From: the human T2T-CHM13v2.0 reference genome, Homo sapiens
Assembly: GCF_009914755.1 (NCBI RefSeq)
Contig: NC_060929.1
Strand: one strand, 5' to 3'
DNA length: 64,000 bases
In this document: one piece after another, positions 45,813-62,179 of the stretch
How positions within the stretch are numbered: the stretch's first letter is position 1
Layout of the letters: every line of letters starts with the position of its first letter
Position numbers and translations under genes: made by a program
Notes under the pieces: model-generated
Told to the model about the DNA's origin: nothing
Seen by the model: the letters and a program-made list of their open reading frames with translations, nothing else
Databases searched by the model: none

Positions 45813-47605
45813 GTTTGTTTTCTTTATTGCTCTTCATCTCTGTGACTCTGCTACTTAGATGTCATTGAAAAAGAGCATGATGTCTGCAGTCCTCATATTT
45901 GTCTTGCCACTAAGAAAAAAAAAAGTGACTTTGAGCAATTTATTTAGCTTTGGGAGTCCTGATTTCTTATATCTAAAATGGAAAGAGTAACTTCGAATCA
46001 AGTGAACTTTGGAAATGCACTATGAAAATATTACCAAGAACCACCCTTGTCTGGAAGCTTTCTAAGATGCTATGATTGCTCAATGAAGGATGGATATGAT
46101 TTTACAAAGTTCATCTGGTCTTTGCAGAGTGACTTACCCACACGAGTTCTGCTCTATGTTTCTAGGAAAATTACTTCAATTAATCCCTGAATTGTAGCCC
46201 TCTCCCCTGGTGCAGCAGACAACAGCTGTTCAATACTCCAGAACAGGAGACAGTAGTTTTGGTATAAAAAAGGGAGGATTCATTTTTTGTTCAACTATAA
46301 TCACAGGGGAGTTTTGGGGATGGGTGGAAATTTTTCCAGAGGAGAATAATTTCCTCTCCTTTATTCAAAACAGAAAGCAAATACAGATTAACAGCTCCTA
46401 CCCGTGCAATGACAAAAGAAACTCAATTCGGTCATGGTCCTTCTCTCTTGGCTGCTCATCCTTAGGGCCCAAGCACTTGAAAAATCTCTGAATCACCAAC
46501 AGACTAGAGTATAATAGCCCTTTTGGAGCAGTTATGGTCTGTCTTGTCAGAGGTCTTTGGGGGACACTTTAATCCTTGTATTAATAATACAATAGCCTGA
46601 AAATGTCTTCTTGGAAATCATCTGAATGTACCATTACAAACCCCCCATGAGTTAGCAATCCAACTCAACCGACTAAAAACTCCTTTCCTGATTTAGATAA
46701 AAATTATGTCAGGGCATGAACAATATTATAACACCTTAGAACACTTTTCTTTTTTGTTGGAAATTGCAGACACTATAAGTTTATATTAGAGACCTATCAC
46801 CTATAGGATTTCAGTGGAAAAGTCATAGCTATTATAAATATTCTCTTTTAGTAGCTAAAACCATAAGCCATTTCTTTTGGCCTTTCTAGTAGTGCCTCTC
46901 AAAAATGGTCAAACTGATTTACATTAAATCAAAACCATTTGCCCTTGCACAGGTCCTTGGTTTTCTTTGTGGTATGTTTGTGTAATTTTTTTCATTAACC
47001 GGTTGAGGCATTTTGGCAATTTCAGTGCTACAGGGAGATTAATGGAAGTTTAATTCAATAAACTGCATAGCATGAAACCCAGTGCCCAAAGTGAAGTGAT
47101 GTGAGCTATTTTAATAAGGCTCTTAACTTTTCCTCTTTCCTCCCAAGACCCATGTTGGCTCCTGCCTTGACAAAATTATTTGTATATCTCTCAGAGCTAT
47201 TTTCCTGATTGTGCAGAGTGTGTAACCAAGGTGGCCTATTTGATCCATTTAGTTTTTGTGGAAGTTTGTGCTTGGCTGAATGATTTTCTGTAAAGCATTA
47301 GAAAATGTTCTTTCCACCTAACCAAAGGGAAATGTAATGAGGAAAGTGCTTCCTTTTCCAGCTGAAGGAACTGATGTTCTGTATTAAAAGAAAAAGTCAG
47401 AAAAGAATTAGTAGGATATTGGTGGAAATAAGTCTTGGGTGGGGGAGCTCTCAAGACTCTAGGAGAGATGACTCCCAAAAGAGGGAGTTAGATGCTGATG
47501 AAAGAATTAATCATGAAGTTCATAGAAACTGAACAAGAACAACAAATTACACTTAGCAAAGCAGGAAGAAAAAATATAACTATAAATGCAAGAATTAATG
47601 AATTA

Positions 47606-47925
<320 letters not shown>

Positions 47926-48559
47926 ATTACAAAATTATTAAATGCATCCCATAGTATTTCTTATAATAAGAAAACAATAACAAATACAAATATTCAAATA
48001 AGTTACTAGGTCATCTATTTGTGAAAAATAGAGAAAAAACACAAATACATAATTAGGAATGAGAAAGATGAAATACCCACAGATAGGATATCAAAAAAAA
48101 GTATCAAAGAGCAGGCTAGTTTATATGAAGACCTTAATGAAAGAAATTGTTTCCTAGAAAAATATGAATTATCAAAATCAATTAGAGAAAAGTTTAAAAA
48201 CCTGGCCAACTGAATATTCATGAAAAAGATGAGAATATTGAAAAATCTCCATAAAAGATTTGAGCCCACATAGTTTCACACAGAATTTTTTTAACTCCTT
48301 AAGCCACAGGTGATGCCTGTTATTTCTGCTGTTCTGGTATTGTTTTGTCTGGTTTTATTTTGTTCTTTTCTCTTTCTTCTTTTTCTTTTTCTTTTTTAAA
48401 CAAAGCCAGCCAACCTTGACAAAATTAACACACACCCACTCACACATAAAATAGATTACTCTCACACGTGAACATTGATAAAGCAACTCTAAGTAGAAAA
48501 ATTTCAACAGAACTTAAGAAAAAATGTTAACCCTGATCAAGTAGGGTGTGTTAACATTT

Positions 48560-49350
48560 TGTGATTGCCATGTGAAAACTCACCTGTGACTCTTTAAGAG
48601 TCCGTATTGGTTTATGGACCCAGTAGGACCAGGCATTAATGTGACTTTAGACGTAAAAGTATTCACAGGCTTAAATAATGTCATTCTCTTCTATTTTTTC
48701 AGCTTTTCTTCTCTCAATATGTTGACTACACCTTCCTCTGTGGGGAAAGGGAAATGGCAGTCAGCAACTTGAGGTTCATATTCTTTTTTTTTTTTTTTTT
48801 TTTTTGGAAATGGAGTCTCGGTCTGTCGCCCAGGCTGGAATGCAGTGGCGCGATCTCAGCTCACTGCAAGCTCCGCCTCCGTGGTTCACGCCATTTCTCC
48901 TGCCTCAGCCTCCTGAGATGCTGGAACTACAGGCGCCCGCCACCACGCCCAGCTAATTTTTTTTATTTTTAGTATAGACGGGGTTTCACCGTGTTAGCCA
49001 GGATGGTCTCGATCTCCTAACCTCGTGATCCTCCCTCCTCGGCCTCCCAAAGTGCTGGGATTACAAGCGTGAGCCACCGTGCCTGGCCTGAAGTTCATAT
49101 TCTTGAGGCTCAGAAATGCCAGTCGCAAGAGACTGTCTTTCTTCCGGCACTTTTATAGCCCCCTTAGGAAGGAACTCTGGCCGATATTGTGTTGTACGCC
49201 CACCTCTGGGTCAACCCACTTTATTGTTTTCTGCGCGTTGTCTTTGTGCCCTTCTGTATAGTCAACGATTGAGTACTCCACCAAAAACATGGAATGGGTG
49301 AGAGGTCGCTTCTCAAACAAGAGGATGCTGGTCAGTCAGTACAGTATGTC
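48560..49350. mobile_element. Old MaLR-like LTR remnant
   Basis: GGAAATGGCAGTCAGCAACTTGAGGTTCATATTC, GGAAGGAACTCTGGCC resemble MLT1K/L. Confidence 0.4.
48784..49088 (-). mobile_element. AluY
   Basis: TGCAAGCTCCGCCTCC, GTTCACGCCATT, GTTAGCCAGGATGGTCTCGATCTCC; TSD TGA(G/A)GTTCATATTCTT. Confidence 0.96.
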
Positions 49351-49860
49351 CATGATCTAAGGTTCATGATCAAGTATGGCTCAATGTTATATAGTATTTA
49401 TTATTATTGTACTATATTTGTAGTTCAAATGAGAACAAACATCGGATCCATTTCTTACATGCCAAAAATGCATTTAATAAAATTCAACATTCATTCTCAA
49501 AAAATTTTGTAATTAAAATGGTAATAGAAGAATATACCCCCAAAATAGGCATCTCAAGCTAACAGGTAATGTAGGGTTTAGTGGTGAAATACTGAAGGAC
49601 TTTCCGATAGTAATTAGCTTGATAAGAATAGCATCTGATCAGTATTATGACTTAAAATGTTTATGGGATGCTTGTTAATATGTTTAAACACTGTACCAAT
49701 AAAAAGAGATACAAATTTGAAAGGAACAATCAAATTATCATTGCCTGAAGATTATTTAACTAAAAATTCAAGGGATCACAGGGAGATCTGTTGGATTCTG
49801 TAATATGGCATCTCGCACATTTCACTCTTGTCTTATTCATCCTAAAGCCTTCTCACAAAC

Positions 49861-51580
<1,720 letters not shown>

Positions 51581-52131
51581 CATATCTTAATCTCTCAGTT
51601 TGAAAATCTCCCTCTCAACTACAGGCATGCCTCATTTTATTGCACGTTTCTTTATTGCACTTTACAGATATTGAGTTTTTTTTTTTTACAATTTGAAGGT
51701 TTATGGCAACCCTACATTAAGCAAATCTATTGGCACCATTTTTTCAACAGCATGTGCTCACTTTGTATTTCTGTGTCACATGTTGGCAATTCTCAAAATA
51801 TTTCAAACGTTTTCATTATTATATTTGTAATGGTGATCAGTGATCGGTGATCTTTGATGTTACTATTGTAATTATTTTGGCATCCCTTGAACCATGCCCG
51901 TATAAGATGGCAAAACTGAACTGATAAACACTGTACGTGTTCTGACTCTTCCACTGACCAGCCGTTTCCTCTCTCCCTCTCCTTGGGCGTCCCTGTTCTC
52001 TGAGATAAAAAGATCTTGAAATTAGGCCCATTAACAACCCTTCAGTGGCCTCCACTTAGAGTGAAAGGAAGAGTTTCAAGTCTCTCACCTTAAATCAAAA
52101 GCAAGAAATTACTAAGCTTAGTGAGGAAGGC

Positions 52132-54145
52132 ATGTCAAAAGCTGAGACAGGCTGCAAGCTAGGCCTCTCGTGCCAGATAGATGAGTTGCTAATACAAAGG
52201 AAAGTACTTGAAGCAAATTAAAAGTGCTACTCCAGTGAACACACAAATGATATGAAAGCAAAACAACCTTATTGCTGATACAGAGAAAGTGTTATTGGTC
52301 TGGAATAAAGATCAAGCCAGCCACAACATTCCCTTAAACCAAAACCTAATCCAGAGCAAGGCCCTAACTCTTTTCAAATCTGTGGAGGCTGAGAGAGGTG
52401 AGGAAGCTGCAGAAGAAAAGTTTGAGGTTAGCAGAAGCTGATTCAGGAGGTTTAAGGAAAGAAGCTGTCTCCATAACTTACAAGTGCAAGGTGAAGTAGC
52501 GTGTGCTGATGTGGAAGCTGCGGAGGTTATCCGGAAGATCTAGCTTAGATAATTGGTGAAGGTGGCTACAGTAAACAAAAGATTTTTAATTTAGACAAAA
52601 CAGCCTTATGTTAGAGGAAGGTGCCATCTAGGACTTTCATAGCTGGAGACGAGAAGTCAGTGCCCAGCTTCAAAGGACAGGCTGACTCTCTTGTTAGCAG
52701 TTAATGTAGCTGGTGACTTTAAGTTGAAGCCAATGCTCATTTACCATTTGAACACCTTAGGTCCCTTAAGAATTATGCTGTATCAACTCAGCCTGGGCTC
52801 TATAAATGGAGCAACAAGGTCTGAACATCTGTAAACATCTGTTTACAGCCTGCTTTACTGACCACCTTAAGCCAGCTGTTGTGGCCTACTACTCAGAAAA
52901 AAGACTCCTTTCAAAATATGATTTCTTATTGACAATGTACATAGTCAAGCAAGAGCTCTGATAGAAATGTACAAGGAGATTGGTGTTGTTTTTAATGCCT
53001 GCTAATATAACATTTATTCTGCAGCCCATAGATCAAAGCGTCATTTTTACTTTCAAGTTGTATTATTTAAAAATACATTTCATAATGCTATAGCTGCCAT
53101 AGGTAGTAATTCCTCTGATGGATCTGGGCAAAGTAAATTGAAAATCTTTTGGAAAGGATTTAGCATTCTAGATGCCATTAAGAACATTGGTGGTTCACAG
53201 GAGAAGGTCAAGATATCAACAGAAGCAAGAGTTTGGAAGAAGTTGCTTTCAACCCTCATGAATGAGTTTGAGAGGTCCAAGACTTTAGTGGAAGAAGTAT
53301 TTGCAGATGTGGTGGAAATGGAAAGAGAACTAAAATTAGAAGTGGAGACTAATGATGGGACTGAATTGCTGTAATCTCATGGTAAAACTTGAATGGATGA
53401 GGGTTGCCTCTTTTTTTAACTGCTAATTTATGTTCAGGGTACATGTGCAGGTTTGTTACATAGGTAAACTTGTGTTGTGAAGGTTTGTTGTACAGATTAT
53501 TTCGTCACCCATGTATTAAGCCTAATACCCATTAGTTATCCTTCCTGATCCTCTCCATCCTCTCAACCTTCATCCTCTAATAGGTCCCAGTTTGTGTTTT
53601 TCCCTCTCTGCACCCATGTGTTCTTACCATTTAGCTCCCACTTATAAGTGAGAACATGCGGTATTCGGTTTTCTGTTCCTGTGTTAGTTTGCCAAGGATA
53701 ATGGCCTCCAGCTCCACACATGTCCCTGCAAAGGCCATGGTCTCGTATAAGTTGTTCTCTTAAAAGACGTGTACACATGTATGTTCATTGCAGCACTATT
53801 CACAATAGCAAAGACATGGAATCAACCTAAATGTCCATCAATAATAGACTGGATGAAGAAAATGTGGTACATATACACCATGGAATAATGTAGCCATAAA
53901 AAAGAGAGTTGCTTCTTATGGATACACAGACAGTGGTTCTTGAGATGGATTCTACTCCTGGTAAAGGTGCTATGAACATTGTTGAAATGACAACAAAGGA
54001 TTTAGAACATTTAATAAACTTAGTTGATAAAGCAGCAGCAAGTTTTGAGAGGACCGACTTCAATTTTGGAAGAAATTCTACCGTAGGTAAAATGCTATCA
54101 AATGCTATCAAACACTATCACATGCTACAGAGAAATCGTTTGTGA
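52132..54145 (+). pseudogene. Decayed Tigger1 (pogo-like DDE) transposase region
   Basis: MSKAETGCKLG start, LDKTA, IDN and QPIDQ motifs; ORF-track pieces 53138-53374 and 53909-54145; many stops and frameshifts. Confidence 0.85.
53411..53903 (-). mobile_element. 5'-truncated, 5'-inverted L1PA
   Basis: Antisense 3' end 53411-~53746 plus sense segment ~53747-53903; TSD GAG(G/A)GTTGC(C/T)TCTT. Confidence 0.9.
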
Positions 54146-54829
54146 AAGGAAGAATTCATTGATGTGGCAAACTTTACTGTTGCCCTATTTTAGTGAATTG
54201 CCACAGCCACCCCAACTTTTAGCAACTACCACTGTGATCAGTCAGCAGTCATCGCCGTTGAGGTAAGGCCCTCCACCAGCAAAAAGACTACAACTCACTT
54301 CAGGCTCAAATGATTGTTAGCATCTTTTAGCAATAAAGCATTTTTAAGTTAAAGTATGTACACTGTGTTCTTGACATAATGCTATTGCATATTCACTAGA
54401 TTGCAGGATAGTGCTAACATTATTTTTATATGCACAGGGAAACCAAAAAAATTGGTGTGACTTGTTTGATTGCTAAACTCACTTTACTGTGATGGTCTGA
54501 AACCAAATCTGCAATATCTTTGGGGTATGCCTGTACCCCAGCTCTGTCTCATTCTCTACCATTGAGCTTGAAGTAAAGTCCCCAACCTCCCAATTTCCTA
54601 GACAGGATGATACCACCCAGTGAGGAGTGCCTGTGCACCCCTGTGTTTCTCCTTCATGGCACAGTCACCAACCTCCAGGTTGCATTCCCTCTTTCTGCCT
54701 TCTTACTGACTAAGTCAAAGAAGTCCTTTCTTGTACTTCCAAAGTATTTAAAGGGGCCTTTGGATCTAGTTTCAACATGTAGGGCAGTGCTTTGCTTGCA
54801 ATTAGTCAAATTAGGCTATTTTCAGAATA

Positions 54830-55145
54830 CAGTAGTCCCTCCACATTTGTGGGTTTCACATCTGCAAATTCAAACAACCGCAGATCAAAACTAGTGTAAA
54901 AAAAATGGCAATAAAACAATAAAAGTAATAGAAATAAAAAATACAGTATAACAACTATTTCCATAGTATTTGTAGCAATGTTAGGTATTATAAGTAATCT
55001 AAAGATGATTTAACATATACAAGAGGATGTGTGTAGGTTATATGCAGGTAGAATGTCATTTTATATAAGGGATTTGAGTATAGTGGATTTTGGTATCCAT
55101 GGGAGTCCTGGAACATATCCTTTGCAGATATCAAGGGGCAATCGT
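54830..55145. mobile_element. MER2 (Tigger MITE)
   Basis: CAGTAGTCCCTC...AATACAGTATAACAACTATTT...GGATTTTGGTATCC. Confidence 0.9.
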
Positions 55146-57559
55146 ATATTGGTTCTATTTGAAAATTTAATTTAAATACCAAATTGCAATGATTAAAATT
55201 GGTATGATCTTATTTTGGTGCCTCTATTTCATTATTATCTTATTCTCTATCATCGATCATAAAGCCCTCTTTCCTCTCCTCCTCCCTCACCCTCAGCTGT
55301 AGTGAAACTGGTTAATGTAGGATATTTTAATGCCAAAAATTGAGGGACAGACTCATTGCCAATAATTCAGTCCAACCTGTGTAAACATCAGAGATTAAAG
55401 ATTGTTGCTTCTTACCTTCCCCACTTCTAAAAAAATAGGTCGCTTTGCAATCTGGAATGCAGAAAAGAGAAGAGTGGTTAGTTTAGTTCTGATTATTTGA
55501 TTACTGTGGGTCAGTGAGGCTCCTGCGAGGATCCTAGACCATCATTTTTTCTTGCTAAACTTCCTGTATTGTGGAGGGGAGGGCTCTCTCACTTTTAAGG
55601 TGCCTTGATAAATTAACTTGGGTAGACCTTTTCTGAGGGTGGGTGAGCACGTTTCTTCCAGGAATAAAAGTCTCACTTAAAAGAGTGAAATGAAAACTGA
55701 CCAAGAACAAAGGCATCATTAATTTCAAGTGGAAGAAATAATTCACAAAGCTGAGATAAGTCACTTCTCATGGGTAAACTATTTCCTTTTATATACTTTG
55801 GTCACCTTGGTATACACTACTATACAGAAACCTACTGGAATACTTTTATTTATGCTCTTAGATTTTCAACACCATTAGTCCCATGAGCTCAAACTTCAAA
55901 GTGTACCCATAGCTTCATTATTATTCCTCCAAACTTTCCTTCTCCAGTAGCCCACAAACTTTTCACCCCCTGAGTAGGTGAGCAGTAGTTACAGATATGA
56001 TATTTAAGTTCTCCTCCTCTTGGCCAGGTGCCACTTCTTGTGGTTAAGGGAAGAAGCATAAAAACTTATTAAAAAGTTCTGAAAATACATCAGACACTCA
56101 ACACAGTGTGTGCTCATGATTTGTGTGGAAATGAATTACAAAATGTAGATTGAATTTCCCCCTAAATTCAAATGACTTGAACAAAATGAAAGAAAGTAGT
56201 ACATGGCACAGATGTAAGCACCATGTAATTTTTCTTTCATATAGTTTTTATGAAAGCTCACCATTGTCTATTTTACTCAGCCCTTAAGTATTGATTTAGA
56301 CTACTATAATTTTTAAAGTCAACATCCAAAATTATTGGACTTTTTTTCTCTCACAAAATCAAATCTATTAGTGTTTTAAGAACATTTCACTTGAAAAAAA
56401 AGTCAGAGAATCTTCTCCATCTTCTTCTGATTCTTAACATGCTTTTGAAAGTGGAAAGTTTAGTTCATTGCTGAAAGTTACTTATAAGTTGATGTTGAAG
56501 TCCATGTGGAACCCTATGCATAGGATGAATATATATTTACACATGTGTGAATACATTTGTGTGTAAATGTATGTGTGTATATATATTTTCTTTTTGTTCT
56601 ACGTTTATTTTAAAGGCCTGATAAGTCCTGCAATCCCTATTTCTAAGCATGAACTTCTACAAAATGAAATGTCGTTGTATTATATTATTATATTATATGT
56701 CAGATATTATATAATTTTGAGATTTCCTACAGGCTTGTTCTAAACATTAAAAAATAAAGCATGTCTCCAATAGTGTGTTCAATTTCCTGCATGATCTTTG
56801 GAAATGCTGTAATTAAATAAAATGTAACACATGTGGGATCTGTACTCTTGCTTATTATGACTTTAAAGGCTTCAAGGCCTTCTCCCTGCATACAAGTCAA
56901 GATGCCCAGAATAAAGAATGGCAAGTGATAGTTTTTTGGTCTTGCTGTAACTTTCCACTAATCATCAGCAGGTTTTGAGACTGCACTGTAGAAATCCTGG
57001 ATAACTCCTATTTATTTTTTTTAATGTATAAGCAATACATGGAAGGAATACTGAATGTTTGGTATCCAGACTTCTTGTCCTCAAGCTATGTACCATAAGG
57101 GAAATTGAGGCTCAGAGACTTTTTCTAGGATAAAAATAGAGCGCACACATCTAGATCACCAACATCTCTCTGCTAGGATTCAGATGTCCTATCTTTATAC
57201 ACTTAAAAGCAGACCACAAATGCATGTGTTATTCAGTTACATATATCCTTTGCATTTCCTTGATGCAGTTAAAATTGTGACTGTATTGTTTGATGTCTTA
57301 ATTTCCTTAGGCTGTCAAGATGATGTCTGCTGACTCTAAATGTCAGACCTCCCTCATTACTGAACATGCAGGAAGTTGAACACAGCTCTTAAGAAATTTA
57401 CATATTTAAAGGAACTCATGCAAGCTGAAATAGAAATAGAAGTCATATGAGAGTTTTTCTGTAGCTACTGTGGATAGCAGGATTGAATGGAGTGATTAGG
57501 ACTGGAAAGTGCAATAGGGAAAAATAAATCAGATCAGCCCAAGAAATAGGGAACCATAA

Positions 57560-57785
57560 GAGCAGTGATTCTAGGTTAGATTACAACAAACAAGGTTTTC
57601 TGGGTAGGAAATACAGTTAACAGTGTTGGAGAACTTGGCTTTTGGACAGTAACTATTACTGGGTTTCACGGCCTGTTTTAGGAGAGATGGGGTAAGGGGA
57701 AGCTGAGAGTGACCTTCTAGCTTCTGCTACTTTCTCAAATGCCAAGGGGCCATATTTTGGGGTAGCTTGTCCTGAAGCCCAACCA
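57560..57785 (-). mobile_element. MER34/39-group LTR fragment
   Basis: GAGAGTGACCTTCT...TTTCTCAAATGCCAAGG..CCATATTTTGGGG, same as 42168-42225. Confidence 0.7.
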
Positions 57786-58894
57786 TCCTATATGTTTAAA
57801 CTAGTTACTTTATCCTCTTTTGGCTAAAGGCATAAAAATTACCTTAACCATACCAATAGAAATACAAGTTAGAAAATACCAATTTGACAGTAGCATTGAA
57901 GTTGATTGAGATAGAAGACAAATGTGACTCGGCAGTCACATCTCTCCATTGTCTCCCTTTGCGTGTGGGCTTTGTCTCCCATCAGTGTCCAGTAGAAGTT
58001 TTTGTATGACTTAGATGGAGCCATCCACCATAAAGTGGTGACAATGATCCACTATGGTGAACTTCACTGACGGGAGAAGAGTGTAGAGCAAGATCAGATC
58101 TGCCTAAAGCTGAGAACATCCTTGTGGTGCTGGTTGTAGAAAAAATCTCCAGTGAACCCGTCTTAGGTCATTCTGTTTTCTCAGATTTTTTGCCACCACC
58201 ATGCTAAAGACTGGTAAAAACCAAAGAAGTTTGTATTTTCTTATGTCTGTTATTTTAAGTAAAGATGGCAGTATGGGCAAAGTAAGGCACAGAAACTTCA
58301 AACATTTGCCTAATTTTTTTTTCTTTTCCAGGACAGCAGTTCCCTTCTCATTTGGGATCGTTTTTGCCTGTGTAAGTATATTTTTCAGGGTCCAGTGAAC
58401 TGAGAAGTGCTGTTCATTATGAGGTGATGGCTCAGATCAGCCTTGTTGGTGTAGAATGGAATGTCCCAATGATGATGGCAGCTGTGCTTGTCTACTTGTT
58501 TGTTCTAAACAGTTTCTACACATTTACAGGGTGATTTATTGCAAGCCCAGCTGCTTTACTTATTTTGTCAGTAGTTGAAATTAAAAATAATTCATTTGTA
58601 ATTGAATCTCAGAGAGAAATAATATTAAATATACTTTCAGTCAGAGAAGGGGCAGAAAGTGGAAGTTTGTCTCATGAGTTAAAGCCATCTGTACGAAGAT
58701 GCGCGGTTGTTTAGGGCGGACCTGTGGATGGTGGTTGGAATGCATTTTTAACTTCAGGACATGCTTTCTTTTGGGGTTTGAGCTTAAAAATAACTGTGTT
58801 TTTATGATTAGCATGACTAGCACTAGTAATCCAGAAATGAAATAAGACTTTAAAACACATGTGCATACATTCATGCCTACACACATGTATTCTT

Positions 58895-58895
<1 letters not shown>

Positions 58896-58923
<28 letters not shown>
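58896..58923. repeat. (CA)14 microsatellite
   Basis: Direct reading. Confidence 0.9.
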
Positions 58924-58929
<6 letters not shown>

Positions 58930-58992
58930 ACTGCATAGATTCAGAATGAAAGTTCAAAAAGACCCAAGTGGAAACATTTCTAATAGAACTAA

Positions 58993-59609
<617 letters not shown>

Positions 59610-61072
59610 TAGGGTCTGTGGTAACCCAAAGTCACATGGATGAAGCCTCTGCTTCATGTGAGTGTCCTAGGGAGACAGGTTTGTAATACATTGTTTTTGT
59701 AGTGAGTACGTGGAGATAGTTGTAGAGACAAAGTGCTGTGGGACCACGAAAGAGTGACAGCAGTTTTACTAAGGACAGCAGTTGGTGAGGTTCTTATAAT
59801 TGGTCCCTGACCATTCAGCTTGTCTTGCCATCCAAGATCCCCTTGGCTAAATTCCAGGTGAGTCTGTTTTCTCTTTTTCTATCTCCACTTGTTTTCCTTC
59901 TTACCATCCTTTCTCTAGGCTTTACATCTCCTTTCTCATTCATTGAAGACTTGAGTTAACCATTTTTTTCCTTCTAATTTGTGGGGAAAGGTGCCATTTT
60001 CCTTGGCCTTCTGTGTTGTGTGTTGACCTAAACATCAGGGAAGTCCTTTCCATCAAAACATTAATGCATCAGTCTCACAGTATAACAAACACAACTCTCT
60101 ACAATATGATCTTATCATACCTGGGAACCTAGGAGTCAGAGTTGTGAGGCATAAAGAAATCAGATGCTGTGCATGATTTTGTTTGGTGGAAGAGAATAAA
60201 TCAAGGAATCACAGGTTCCAGGTGACTTCTGAGAAAAATGTGTTGCTTCTTTGAAAGGTAGGATACAGGATTCTAAAAAGGCCTCTGGGCTACTAAAGGG
60301 TTGAGAAAATACTTAGATATATTGGATTTCACAGTGGTAAACTTATTACAAAGAATATTTAAATGAAAGGTAGTTGCTATGTGACACAGATATGGAGAAG
60401 AGATGATGTCATTAGAGACATCTTCATTTGAACGGTATGGGCTTCACATGGATGGTAGAAGTGAAGTCACAGTTTCCTTCCACTCATGTCACTGCATGCA
60501 GTGGCATCTTATCATGTCACTTGAAAAGATTCTTGAAAGCCATTGTCAAACGACTGAAAGAAGAAGACAAGCAGATGAGCTATTCTCTGGAATACAAGTA
60601 AGGGAAGACACAGAGACCAGAGGCTACCTCAAGGCCCACAGACAGCATCCTTGAGGCTACCTGCTTACCCTTTAGGAGCTGGCTGCCTCTTAAGAATGAG
60701 GAATGCATTTCTTGGGCCTCAATTTCCAAATATTTTAATTGCGAAGCTTGATTAGATCAAACTTTCTCAATTTCTTTTCTGCAGCAAATTAGAAGTGTGA
60801 TGAACCTTCCATGTGCAAATCTCAGAGCACTGATTGTGCCTAAACCCTTTTCTTTCCCATAAAAGAAATCTTAATGGAAATTAAGCAAACTACCATTATT
60901 TTAGGAATGGCCTTGAGTTCTCACCAATTTATATAAGCAAATTTTTGTACTTTAATGATTATTAGTATTAAGTTACTTATGAATTCCTCACATTGTTATA
61001 GACAACTGCCAAAAAGGACAACTCCAAGAAGCTGGAAGATCTAACATTCTAGATTTCATGTTTCCCAGTACC

Positions 61073-61588
61073 TGTGAAGAAAGGGGTTAATATAGCCAGG
61101 CCTGAGATTGCTATTCATAGAAAGGCCTGTCAGTAAGATTGGCATTTGACTGGCATCTGGGAGCCTGACTGGTAAACAGTCTCCAGCATTGATATAAAAC
61201 TTTCATTAAATGATAAAGCTGGCTTACCTGGTTTGTGCAAACATACGGTTCATGCTGAATACTTACTGTTTTTCTAAGGGTCTGGAATTTTAGTATATGC
61301 TAGGCAGAGGATGCTTACATGACCAGTCCCCAGTCATGGGGTGCTTAGTCTCTATTGCGCTTCCCTGATAAGCAACACTTAACTCATATTGTTGGCACAA
61401 TTAGTTGCTAGAGTAGAATTAAGGGCATCTTATTTGACTCTACTGGGAGAGGACTCTTGGAAGCCTGTATCTAATTTCTCTTTGTATCTTTTTCCTTTGA
61501 TGATTTTGCTTTGTATCCTTTTGCTGATGTCTCTATGCTGAGTCCTGTGAGTCCTTCAAACAAATCTGGTGCTGGAGATTCCGATACA
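61073..61588 (+). mobile_element. ERVL LTR (MER68/MER77-like)
   Basis: TGTGAAGAAAGGGGTTAATATAGCCAGGCCTGAGATTGCTAT...TATGCTGAGTCCTGTGAGTCC...GATACA. Confidence 0.75.
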
Positions 61589-62179
61589 GGCCACATACTG
61601 ATTTTTAAAAAATCTTTTATTAAATGTTGCCTACTAAGTAACTTTTGGGGGTGAGGAGACAGAGTAATGGGGCAAGAGCAAAGATGAGTAACATACAGTC
61701 GTGCCCCAGTTTAGTGGGTGAACTTGACTTACACAAGGAAGCAAATGCAATAGAGAGTGATGGCAGGCGGGGCAGGAAGTGGGTGTGGGGTGCTGAAGGT
61801 GAGATGAGTATGGTGGAAGTTAACTTAACATTTGTAATGGGGTTAAGAGGATTATAATACATGGTGCTCTTAATGCCCATTGCAATGTATAGACGATTTA
61901 GGGAGCATGACCTGAGTATGGAGGCAAGGAAAAGTCCCAAAAAATGGTAAAAAAAAAAAAAAAAAAAAGAATAAGGATATATTTGAGAAGGGGTGTTCTG
62001 AGACACAAGGGCCCAGAATCATGTATTCAACTTTCTTCTAACTAAAAAAGAAGGGAATGGTATTGAGTGAAGAATAACTTCAAAAGAGTCATCAACTTCA
62101 GATTGGAGTTGCAGGAATTCCAAGTCAGCGAAATCAAATCTAAATCCTTGAGTAGCAATAAGCATGGTGTGATGATAAT

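Larger units (their letters stand above)
51622..54533 (+). mobile_element. Tigger1, full length, with L1 insertion
   Basis: TIRs CAGGCATGCCTC / GGGGTATGCCTG, TA duplications at 51620-51621 and 54534-54535; ~2.42 kb after removing the L1. Confidence 0.95.

Noticed and set aside
53138-54145. Possible domesticated TIGD-like transposase gene
   Set aside because: Short pieces of a Tigger1 copy with multiple stops, frameshifts and an L1 insertion
60486-60507. 22-bp near-perfect palindrome ATGTCACTGCATGCAGTGGCAT
   Set aside because: Short and isolated, with no supporting context; may be chance
61620-62006. 128-aa ORF
   Set aside because: Begins in a poly-T-derived run, overlaps probable old L2 sequence, no recognisable domain
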